Of a stretch of 49,223 nucleotides of DNA, positions 10,526-21,062 are shown piece by piece. A program made the translations under genes and the position numbers. Numbering within the stretch: position 1 is the first letter of the stretch; the number at the start of each line of letters is the position of its first letter. The notes below the pieces were generated by a model. It saw nothing but the letters and a program-made list of their open reading frames with translations, was not told the DNA's origin and made no database searches. Origin of the DNA: Polymyxa betae A26-41 (Eukaryota > Protista > Endomyxa: Phytomyxea); the NCBI GenBank assembly GCA_003693705.1, contig RBZT01000544.1, positions 1 to 49,223 of the forward strand. The letters run 5' to 3'.

Positions 10526-13016
10526 TCAGAAACCATAGTCAAGCTTCTTAGGTTTTTCCGGACTCCAGGCAGGGGCATCAAGATCTGCATAAGAAATCAT
10601 AGCGCGTCGTTTGAGGTGCTCTGGAACAGGAGCAGAAACATTGGCATTGAAATCATTATTCTGAGAAAACTGATTCACTAATGAGATATATTAAGAAGCG
10701 AAAATGCAGTTACCCTGGAATCGCCAAAACGACGAGGATACCCACCATAACGAGAACCCCCTCGATAATGGTTACGATCGGAGCCTCTCTGAGAAAAGAA
10801 TCAATAAAGAGCATTTTCAAGACAGCATCCACAGCAAACCGGAATTGGCCTTTGAGAAGGATGCCCAGAGGACTGAAGAGCAGCCGCAGGTGGAGGAAGA
10901 GCCGGTCTGTCAGGATCGGAACGGAAAGATTCGAAGTACTGCTTCCTAAGCCTGTTTTCGGCTTCCTCACTACATTCCTCAGGATGCTTTAATTTCATAT
11001 GTTTCTCAACAAACTCGGGACCACGGAACAGCTTCGAACACATTCCACAACGGTACTTGTTTTCAGCTTCAAATACCGTCTATTTAACAGTTATTTGATA
11101 CGCAAAAAAAAAAAGAAAATTACCATAGACTCATAAAATGGTTTCAATGCAGCTTCCCTAACAGCCTTATCTTCCCTAACGGACGGCGGAGATGCAATTC
11201 TAGTAGAGATCTTAACATCGAGTTCCTTAGCCCACGACTCCTGTGATGGAAGAGGAAGAGTTCCAGTGCCTAACAACATATTCAATCATATATGGATGAA
11301 AGAAAATGATTGATCCTTAATTACCGCTTCCATCAGATGCTCGACGATGAACAAGAGGACATTTGGCCTTAAGCTCTTCCTCGTCCACACCTAAAAATAT
11401 TAAGCAATAGTGATGATGAATGTCTGTTACTTACTGGTCAAAGCACAGTAATAGCAGGTGAAATGAACATTGCGAAGATACGCCTGGACAATGTTTAAGA
11501 GTTTTAACTCGCCATCTGCAGAGTCATCCCCGACGTAAACTTCAAGCACAGATCGCTGCGAAATTGATGACGATTAGATGGAAACTTGAGGTAAAGAGCA
11601 ATTCCGTAACCTGAAGTGGATTGGAAAGACCGGCCTCATGATCTAGCTTACAAGCAAGATCGATACCCGCCTCAATATCTTTTCTAATACGCTCTGGTGT
11701 CAAAGTAATAGCAGGAGCATACTTGGGCGGACGAGAAGGAGGCTACATCATTGTTACTTCATCAGAACAAACAATCATAATACACGAACAGTATTGGCAA
11801 TAAGAGATAGGACAGTCCAAGAATCAACTTGCTTTCCTTGCAGCTTATCCAGTGCAGCCTGACATTCAGCTTGTGAAGCATAAACCGCCCACCCATAGCG
11901 GGTAAATCCCCGAGTGCGATTTGGCTCGGAGAGAATGAGACGAGCAAACCCTGATGCGAATCAGGCAACCAAAACAAAAAGACAAAACAAAGAAACCTGC
12001 TGAGGATTCAAATACTTGAGTTAAGGCAGCCTTAGTCGTGGAAGATGGCAGATTACGAATAAAAAGAGCATTGTCATAAAACTTGCCCTCATCATGAACA
12101 GTTGCCGGCGCCTATACTGAATGATCAGAGAAACGAAAAAAGAGAAGATTGCAACGACATTTGTCAAATCAAAAACAAATGTAGGTGCATTTGGTGCAGA
12201 TATTAACGATTCCATAAAAGCAGCACGTCGAGCATCGCAACCAGCTGCGCTTTTGTTGACTCTCTCCAGAACGCAAAGAGGATGGTATTTTTCCTATGAC
12301 GCTACTTTAATTAGTATTCCATGACAGCAAAAACCTTTACCTTGAGCCACTCTTCATCTTTGTATTGATGAAAGAACTTCTTATCTTGACGCAAGATAAA
12401 TTCATCTTTATACTTTGCATATTGCTCTTGAACAGTCATAGAACTGTTCCGGCCCCGAGAATGGGAAATAGCGTCAGCGAACTGGTGAAAAGACATCAAT
12501 GGGCCATCAAGTGATATGGGCAATGAGCCGCGAGGCGGTGAGCGATAGCGTCTCGGGCTGAACCTGTAATTCAATTAATGATAATCGATAACCAACACAA
12601 TATATGCTCAGATGACGGCATACACCGCAAAACGAGAGCTGGTAAACAGTCCCATCCTAAACTTTCGAAAGCCAACGAAATGGAGCAAAATGACCATCAA
12701 GAAAAATTGCAAGTGCTATCTACTGATGAATTTGATAGTAGGTAAATGTTATCGAAAGATTGCATCCGATCGTTAGGTTGGAAACAAATCACACCATTAT
12801 TGTTGAAATATAAACACAGTGAAAATAATGCATCGCATACCCTCGAAAACGGTGCCTGCGCGGTGATAATGAACGCCGCAGCCGTCGAGGAGGCGAATGG
12901 CTACGACTTCTTCTGCCGCGTGCAGGCGACGCTGATCTAGAGGAAGAAGCCGACCGCGACCGAGTCGGGGACGAAGGGATGATCCGGCCAAAATCATCGA
13001 CTCGAGTTGCCGTCAT
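10526..13016 (-). CDS. SRRT: SERRATE/Ars2 homolog, multi-exon
   Basis: RS-rich N-terminus; YAKYKDEF...FFHQYKDEEWLK/KYHP; Zn finger KYRCGMCSKLFRGPEFVEKHMKLKHPE; C-terminal SYADLDAP...LDYGF*. Confidence 0.9.
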
Positions 13017-13682
13017 GACAGTCGACAAGGGATGGAGATGAGGAATGAGAAAGTCGCACTCAGGAGGCTGCGCATCTGTCCATGCGTATCATTTACCGCA
13101 GACAGCTCCAGCATTTCAGCAATTCAATTCGGCGTCGTTCGGCTTACTGTATAAATTAACTATCTAATACAGATCCAGAGCCAAACGCTATTAATTTTTT
13201 TCGACTCGTGATTTGTATAGAATAAAAATCAAATTTGTCTGGATGTGGTGGTGCCTTCTTTTACGTAAACGTAAAAAAACTCAATGTTCAGTAGGTCACT
13301 GAATTTGCTACAGCACTGCTCAATTTGGAAGCATCGGTTCTGAATCTTCGCTACTCTAGGAACAGCCCTTTTGAAAGCACCATTCGCATTTTAACTTCCC
13401 TGGAGTTGACGAAAGCAGACTGTTGACATTGATCGTAGACATGGATTCATGGAATCTCGACGGTAGATGAACCCACCAAATGGCAGGCTTTGGCTCGAAA
13501 TCAGGATATCTTGTAACAGCACGTTAGCTGATCTGCGATTTTTCTATCATCTAAGTCTAATGGCGATTTAATCTTTGTTAGGAAACCAGGATTGTTGTCA
13601 ACCATAACGTGTACGATGATCTAAAGCAGATACGTTCCTGTCCCTATTCAATACAGAAATATCTGTATAGATCCGCATATGC

Positions 13683-14367
13683 ATGCAGTGGCGTACCCTC
13701 TTAAGCCGTTGTTCGTGTACTGCGGCGACCGGCACAGAAGGCAGACGTCCTATATCCAGCACGAGACGGATGCTGTCGGCGAACAGTAATGTGATTCGCG
13801 TCTCACCCAAACCCTTGCTACATCCTTCCCTTTCCGACGACCACAAGCAGGAACTGCGAGAGGCATTTCAACTGTTTGATGTAGATGGCAATGAGACAAT
13901 CAGTGTCGACGAGATCGATGCATTGCTCAAAAAATTCAATATTAATCTTCAGCCTAATCAGATGCAGACGATGCTGCAAAAGGTCGACGGGTAAGCATTC
14001 CCGAGACAGATTAGCTAGTTACCACTATAGCCTATTAAAGGAACGGCGATGGCCAAATCGATTTTGAAGAGTTCTGTTCGCTAATGACGAAGCCCGTCAC
14101 GACAGAAATGACATTCGAGGCTGAGCTCAGAGAGGCGTTTGCCGTATTCGACCGTGATGGGGATGGTTTCATTGACGCTCAAGAGCTCATGACTGTCCTA
14201 ACCCAGGTCGGTGAGACCGCCACTCCGGAAGAAATCACCACCATGATTGGAGAAGCTGATCTGGATGGTGATGGCAGAATGGACTGGGATGAATTCGTCG
14301 TAAGTAAAAACGTTAACAAAAAATTAATTTTGGATCCAAGATTGAGAGTGGTTTGCAGCAAGTGTGA
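13683..14367 (+). CDS. Calmodulin-like 4-EF-hand protein with a ~45-aa Arg/Ser-rich N-terminal extension, 3 exons
   Basis: EF loops DVDGNETISVDE, DGNGDGQIDFEE, DRDGDGFIDAQE, DLDGDGRMDWDE; ELREAF twice; introns 13992-14040 and 14300-14340. Confidence 0.88.
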
Positions 14368-14794
14368 TCGTTCATGGCATTTGAAGCTATTTTCTCTTTG
14401 CTTTGTTGTTACACGTTAATTCTGTCCTTCGACTTCTCGCTGGCAATTAACTGATCTGTTTAATAGAAAATCATGATGTATTGAACTGCAATCACTGAAA
14501 AAGGCCATTCTCACATCGTAATAATATAATCTAGGTGGATCATTTATCAGAGTAAAAATGTTTACAAAATTGGGTCATTCTAGTAACGACCGTTCTGTGT
14601 ATTAAGCTAGCGAGATGGGCATGGCCAATGAGTTTATCTCGTACATCCAGGCATGCAGACGGGATTGCAGAGAGTCCGCTTCTTCTTATGGCGCTGGACG
14701 TCGATAGCTGTGTTTTTCGCGACTGTAATCAGGATTGGTTAGACAACGCAGCAAACCAGGGAATTTTTATTTTTAAGGCGATATCGTGTTAATT

Positions 14795-15157
14795 TCAATA
14801 GATGCCTGAGGCGAATCCAGCCGACCCGATTCCTCCAAGTCCCACACCGCCACCGTATCCGAATCCAGCGCTTCCTAGACCAGCAGTGCCCAATGATCCA
14901 GCACCCCAGACTCCTGGGTATCCTCCATAGAAGCCACCACCATATCCTCCTACACCTCCACCATATCCTCCTACACCTCCTAAACCGCCCCAGGTGCCCA
15001 GGCTTCCTAAACCTCCTGCATATCCTCCTGCACCGTATCCGAGCCCGCCGCCGTATAATCCTGAGAAGGTGCCGATCGAGCCCAGAGAACCATCAACATT
15101 TGCCATGGCGCTCGCGACCAGGACGAAAAGAACAGCGACAGAGATAATGCGGGACAT
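14795..15157 (-). CDS. Small secreted glycine/tyrosine-rich protein
   Basis: Signal peptide MSRIISVAVLFVLVASAMA, GYGG and GSLG repeats, intronless, TATA box upstream. Confidence 0.82.
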   Translation of the reverse strand: MSRIISVAVLFVLVASAMANVDGSLGSIGTFSGLYGGGLGYGAGGYAGGLGSLGTWGGLGGVGGYGGGVGGYGGGFYGGYPGVWGAGSLGTAGLGSAGFGYGGGVGLGGIGSAGFASGIY

Positions 15158-15239
15158 GATGCTGAAGTTGGTATTTGGTGTTGATGTTTACAATGAAGGA
15201 CGATTAGCGGAATGAAGATGTCAGGGAAGTGGCAAGCGA

Positions 15240-15246
15240 TTTTATA
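15240..15246 (-). promoter_or_regulatory. TATA box (TATAAAA) of the Gly-rich protein gene
   Basis: Consensus TATA about 83 nt upstream of the ATG on the same strand. Confidence 0.5.
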
Positions 15247-16173
15247 CCGATCTTGGTCCTGATCATGCCACATATTTCAAATCGGAGCTCGATCGGTCCG
15301 ATCATCATCCAAAGATCTCGGAAGTCGGCGAAGGAATCGGTGCATTCCCAGTGCCTGCTGTGAACGCGGATACGAAGTAGACATGAAATTGGGCGACATC
15401 TGGCCGATTAATTGATTCTAACGCTTCTCTGTCGGAATCTCTTTGCTACAATTTCACCCATGAGAAACAATCGGTGGAGTGACGGGAGAGCGAATATATC
15501 ACAGCAAACTGGGTAAGCTGTTGACAGAGAAAGCTGTCCGAACTCAGATCTTCCACACGACCAGCAAAAAAGTCCTAAAAGCTTGATAGTTTATAATCAC
15601 CGGCCTACAGATCAAGTTCTTGCAACATAACGTTCTCGTCATTTGAACTCAAATGTCTTCTCTGCTTGCTGCATTTGTCGAATCTAACAGGCGAAACTGC
15701 AAGGAACATGAGTGATGTATGGAATAGTTTAGAGGCAGGACCTGGTTACTAACAGTGCCTCATAGCATGGATTACAGTCGACAGGATAAAATCGGTTCGG
15801 CTTCTCTTTCATGAAGGTCACGACATAATGCGCAACCCTTAAAAGCGGCGCAGCCAGGTTTCTATTAATTCCGGATCCTCAACTCGCGCATTGCCGGAAA
15901 TTGTTGCCGGTTACGCGATCGAGACGTGGAGCATTTCGCGCGGTTCCGTCATCGTGGGGGGATCGACTGGCCCCAGGTGGGGCGGGCTCGGTCGGAAACG
16001 TTAGCACTGTGGCCCTGTAGCATGATCTGCGTACCGTCCAGCCGGCGCCTTGGTGGAGTAGCAAACGGCGCAGCCTGGCCGCAACCGATCGGGGGCATGC
16101 ATCTGAGTCGGTCGCCCGCCAAAGCTGTTCCGATCGATCAGGGCGCGCTGCTTTCCTCTTGTGGTCACAGGCT

Positions 16174-16941
16174 ATGTCGGTAAAAATCTCCAACATGAAC
16201 ATGGTGTTCGGATCGCCGGAAGCGTTGCCGCGCCGCTCCCTGATCTCTTCGATGGCTTTCACGCCGACGCCACCACGTCCGGCTCCGACTCATTTACAAC
16301 GTGCCGTTCCTTTCGAGTTCTTCCCCAAACCTGAGGATGCCATGGATATCGAGCCACAGAAGCTGCTTCTACCCGTATCATCGGCGATGTCTCTACCGTT
16401 GGTTTCATGCGAGACCGTGGCGTCGCTGCTCTCGGGCGATTTTGCAGAGACGGTCTCTCAATATGTTATTGTGGATTGTCGTTATGATTATGAGCACGAA
16501 GGCGGACATCTACCTTTTGCCATCTCCGTAAATCGCCATGAATCTCTTTGCGAACTTCATGCGACTTTGAGGAATTCAAATATGGACTTAACAAGTGTGG
16601 TTATTATATTTCATTGCGAGTTCAGCCAGAATCGAGCACCCAAAGCATTTCGTGCTTTCCGATCTCTGGACAGATCGGTAAACACTTATCCAACTTTGAC
16701 ATTTCCGCAAATGTTCATCATGGAAGGCGGATACAGAAACTTTTATGCTTTATTCAAGCATCTCTGTATGCCAAGTAACTACGTGCCAATGGCCGACCCT
16801 GAACAAAGCAAACGCTGGAAGAAGGAAGTCACTGCTTGCAGGAGGTCGTGGGATGCCAAGCGTAAGGAGAAATTCAGGCATGATGAAGAGCTAGAAAGGT
16901 CTCCGGTTAAAACATCGCCGTTGAGAAGGTTCATTTTCTAG
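16174..16941 (+). CDS. CDC25: Cdc25-type phosphatase, copy B, intronless
   Basis: Same motifs as copy A (IVDCRYDYEHEGGHL, HCEFSQNRAP); collinear with it from GSPEALPRR to PLRRFIF. Confidence 0.9.
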   Translation: MSVKISNMNMVFGSPEALPRRSLISSMAFTPTPPRPAPTHLQRAVPFEFFPKPEDAMDIEPQKLLLPVSSAMSLPLVSCETVASLLSGDFAETVSQYVIVDCRYDYEHEGGHLPFAISVNRHESLCELHATLRNSNMDLTSVVIIFHCEFSQNRAPKAFRAFRSLDRSVNTYPTLTFPQMFIMEGGYRNFYALFKHLCMPSNYVPMADPEQSKRWKKEVTACRRSWDAKRKEKFRHDEELERSPVKTSPLRRFIF

Positions 16942-17082
16942 GGCGATTCTCGTTCAAAGCTAATTTATACATGTGATGTGAGTATCGTATCAAGAGAATA
17001 TATTAACTTATTTGAGATTAAAATCCTTTAAACCACCTTCTCAACGATTTCAATGTCTTTCTACCTTTATCTCTGCTCTCAT

Positions 17083-17837
17083 ATGCGAACTATAATTTAC
17101 ATTGCTCTGGCAGTGTCAGTATACAAAATCAGTAGTGATTTACCCTTGGTGTCATTTGCAGGAAACCGAAGGCTCCAACTTATTTTGATATGCTACATTG
17201 CTACCGAAGAAAAATCTGCGGAATCCGGAACCCGTGACTGCCTGGGGCAACTTTGTCGGCCCCCTCTTACTACGGCAGCTGCTGCGCAACTAAATTCCGC
17301 AGAATTTGCATTGCGCACAAAACAGGCAAACATATACCACAACATCCAGGAAAAAATTAAGTGAGAGCCGAACTCGAAAACCATTCACTGCACCATCGAT
17401 AGAGATGTTGTGCTCAGCACGTCCTCAATTCCAGTTTGCTAGAACGTTTCAGTGTTCTATTGGAATTTGTCAAATAACATGTTTGCCTTCTGGATTGGTT
17501 TCTCGCTGACCAGATACAAATGCGATTTTTCAAACTCGCATTTGAGGCACCTGATGTTTTGGGTGAAGACGCTGGAATCAAGATTCCCCTGCCTGTTTAT
17601 TAGGTTGGCTGTAAAATGGCGTGGCCACCACAGACAGTCAGCTGTCTTGCTGATCATGCATCCTGATTGTGTCATACGTTATGATTACAGAGTATTCTAT
17701 CTTACTTCCATCCTTTCTCGTAAGGTTTTCATGTATCTTTCCATCGTTATCGGTGAGGTGCTGATGAACTTCTGTCGCTTCTTCAGGGTAAACAACTCGT
17801 TCGTGTCACAAAGCAGGTCAGCAAGCTCATCAAATGA
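17083..17837 (+). CDS. Possible small multi-exon hypothetical protein
   Basis: Short open frames can be joined through GT-AG sites (MRTIIYIALAV...; ...GKQLVRVTKQVSKLIK*). No recognisable motif. Confidence 0.2.
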
Positions 17838-19881
17838 TGGCAGAAACGTCATTATCTGTCTCTGTCAATAACCAGGAAGACTTTATATCCCCAAGGTATA
17901 ACACTGTTGCAATATGCAAGATTCAAATTGTTTATTCGGTTTTCAATATTGACTTCTGTCAGGGTGAAAGCTTTTTCGCAGAACATGACAACTAAACTAA
18001 TAATCCATATCGGTCTGGTTCTAGCACTTGCCACCCAGGTAAAGCAATTCCTTTTAATTCAGTTTGATCTTTACATTTTCCACCAATCAGGTCCTCATAT
18101 CCAGCCACCACAGCTCAGGATATAATTTAGCAGTAAACGACCATTGGCGTTTTGTTCTTTCTCGTGCCATCCAGAGCCGTGTGGTACCAACATATGGCGC
18201 ACCAGAACCTATTGATTCCAGTATATTTCGTATCAGCACTGAATCTGAAGCTGTCGCTTTGATGCGAGCCTTTTCTCAGACATACTTTGGGCTGAATTGC
18301 TCTTCGCTTAATTTCTACTCGTACGTTTTTGATACGATAGGTAATACGCTGCCTATCGAGCTCAGAACAGTTGGCGATGAGAAGTTTTGCGAGCCAGTTT
18401 ATCTTATAAGGTCGGACTCGACAGGATTACTGGACCCTTCGCAGGCAGATCGATTGGCGTTGTGTCTTCGAACAACTTCTACTATCACACTGTACTCACG
18501 CTATTTGGGATTCCAATTGATGAAAAAACGTCGTTTCTGTTTGATGTGTCAAGTTGAGCTGAATTTTCGACTGCGAAGTGATTCTGAAGCGAAACTCAGC
18601 ACACATTGCCGGCGTGCGAAATTCTCCAGCTCAGCCAACCAGGATAATACGATTACTCGTATCTCTTATTTTGATGAAATACTGAGTGCCACAATTATCA
18701 TTCTGGCCGTGCTATCTCTGGTTCCATCTGCAGCTATAGCGCTTAAGGCTCCTGAACGCGGTACTGCAATGAGATTAGTCTTCCTCTTTGGTGATATTTG
18801 TGGAATTTTGGGCACATTGATCAACGTTCTTGTCAACGAAGATTTATTTAAGGTCTATGTTTCAAGGTTGTGCATTGTAGATGACTGAAACCCTGCAGCT
18901 GATTGGAAATCTGTAGAAGCGATATACATCTGCTATTTGGAATATCTGCACTATTGTGCTGCATTCGTTCGGTGCGATACATGGAGCTTGTTTTTGGCCC
19001 TGATTCAACCGCATTGGTTCGGATTCTACTTAATTCTCTTCCAGAGATGACCAAGATAATAGTAGGATCTGCACCAATCATGATTGGTTTTGCGTTAATT
19101 GGTAGGCTGACTTCAATGGCATATCAGATTGTTCTGATTTTTTATCAGGCATGGCATTATTTGCAGATCAATGCAGTCGTTTCTCTTCATTCGGTTTTGC
19201 TATTCAGAGTCTTTTTGCTATGGCCAATGGTGATTACGTCCAAGATGCATTTCGTGATACTGAAGGCGAATATGGTCTATTTGCCAAAGTTTACATTCTA
19301 GTAATTATCGCCTTCACTACATGGACACTTTTGAACATAATCTTGGCTCGCATTCAGTCTGGGTTTTACAAAGCGGTAATATCCACTTCACTTGTTTCTT
19401 CGTGTCTGATAAGATGCAAGGTGCCGCCTCAAGATTTCCTTTCTTGTCGATCAAGGTTGAAATATCAGAGGAAGCGCCAATTGTCACCGGAAACTAGAAA
19501 TAAGTATCGCATCAGACAATCAGAGTATGCCTTATCCATACTCGAATTTATTTGGTTAATATGTATGGCAGGATTTCTAATCAATTCCTGGAGAATTCTG
19601 CCAATGAAGCCAGATTTCTCCGGTTATCGTATATCGTGGAACTCGTTCGTACAACTGCTATTTGTATGGCTAATGAATGGACGGATTGCTTTCAAACCAA
19701 TCCGCCTGAGACGCTGTCCCACATTTGGCCATGCCCTGAACTCTCGTGCATGTTTTGTTGTAGTTTACGTCGTCTACAAGTATCCATTAAAAAGTTGATG
19801 TCATCTGTAAAGAGTTCGGCGAAACAGATCAAGAAATCAAACACCATGAGGAAATGCTATCAAGAGAACCGAAATTTTTAA
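17834..19881 (+). CDS. Mucolipin/TRPML-like cation channel, multi-exon
   Basis: TM1 KLIIHIGLVLALATQ, large luminal loop, S4-S5 VRYM...LLNSLP, pore QSLFAMANGDYV (NGD filter), S6 LLNIILARI. The last-exon frame is ambiguous (end 19798 or 19881). Confidence 0.82.
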
Positions 19882-19886
19882 CTTTA

Positions 19887-20773
19887 TTATTCAGATGCCG
19901 TTTGACTTATTTTGAAAGCAAGTCGTGCATCATCTATCAGTTTCCCTAGCTTTCCTGATTCTTCAGCATCTTTTACAGCCCTTAATCCGCCATAATAGTC
20001 TCCACTTACAAATGTCTGGGGAACACTTCTTCTACCGACGATCTGCTCGATTCCGTCTAACAGCAGACGTCCGTTTGGATCTCTATCCAACTCAATGACG
20101 TTCACGACTATCTCGCCTATGAACATGACGTTTTAAGAACATTGAAAATGCAGTCCGTTGTCCTTACCATCTCCCTTTCTGTTATACGGTAACAGAATCT
20201 TTTTGATTTCAGTGCAGAAAGGACAAAAGCTTTTCGAGAATAGAACAATGGGTGCTGAAGTCGCTGCTTTCTGGAACGCAACTTGGACTTCATTATCTTC
20301 ATTTTGTATCTAGGAAAATGACAACAAAGCTTTCAAGTCTCTAACTTGATTACCTGTTTCTGGTCAATCACTGGTAGAGCAGCAGTTACTTTTTGTTCAG
20401 AGTCCTGTTCATCGCTCTTTGTTATTCTTTCCTCCTCTTCTGCAGTTATAATAATCTCAACCTTCTGAAAGAATCATCAGCCAGAGTATGTGAGCTTTAA
20501 GCATTAGTATACTCTAAGAGGATTCTGAACAACAGCGATCGAATTAGAGTTTGCTGAAGCTATATCATTGATGCCCATAACCGAATTTAGAACACTCGTG
20601 TTGCCTGTATAATTGACTGCAGCGAATACACAAATCAAAATAATAAAGAATAATGCTATTATTCCTAAGACGCGAAGACTGCTGTCATTATGGCCAGAAT
20701 CCAGCAGACGCCGTTGCAGCGCTTTCTTCCATTTCAATTCGTCTTTCACTGAGTCTTTCGAGCTATAATACAT
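19887..20773 (-). CDS. Glutaredoxin with N-terminal transmembrane anchor, multi-exon
   Basis: PIVLFSKSFCPFC, RSVPQTFVSGDYYGG, TM segment VLGIIALFFIILICVFAAV. Confidence 0.88.
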
Positions 20774-21062
20774 TTTCAATATTAAATTTATATTTCGTGA
20801 TGGCCTTTAGTAGCTTAGTCTAACCCAAGTTGATTCACGCCATGACCACATTGAGATCATTCCGCTGTTTCTGAATAACTAAATTTGTATATATGGTTAA
20901 CTGGAAATCAATATAGTGATTTGTTGAAGATACTCTATTGATGAGTTTGTACCTATTGACAATGGATAAATACATAGTACTAAACGATAAGGTTTTGCAT
21001 AGCGCAGATACCATTTAGTCCACTTTGAATTCACATAACCCCTTTAAAACATCTTTCTATCA

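Noticed and set aside
13259-13276. TTTTACGT-AA-ACGTAAAA palindrome in the SERRATE/CaM divergent spacer
   Set aside because: Short and AT-rich; chance occurrence is plausible.
14893-15215. Plus-strand Pro-rich (extensin-like) and His/Leu-rich ORFs
   Set aside because: Antisense shadows of the Gly-rich gene, which has the signal peptide and TATA box.
17834-17837. ATGA stop/start overlap between a hypothetical gene and TRPML
   Set aside because: The upstream gene model is too weak to support translational coupling.
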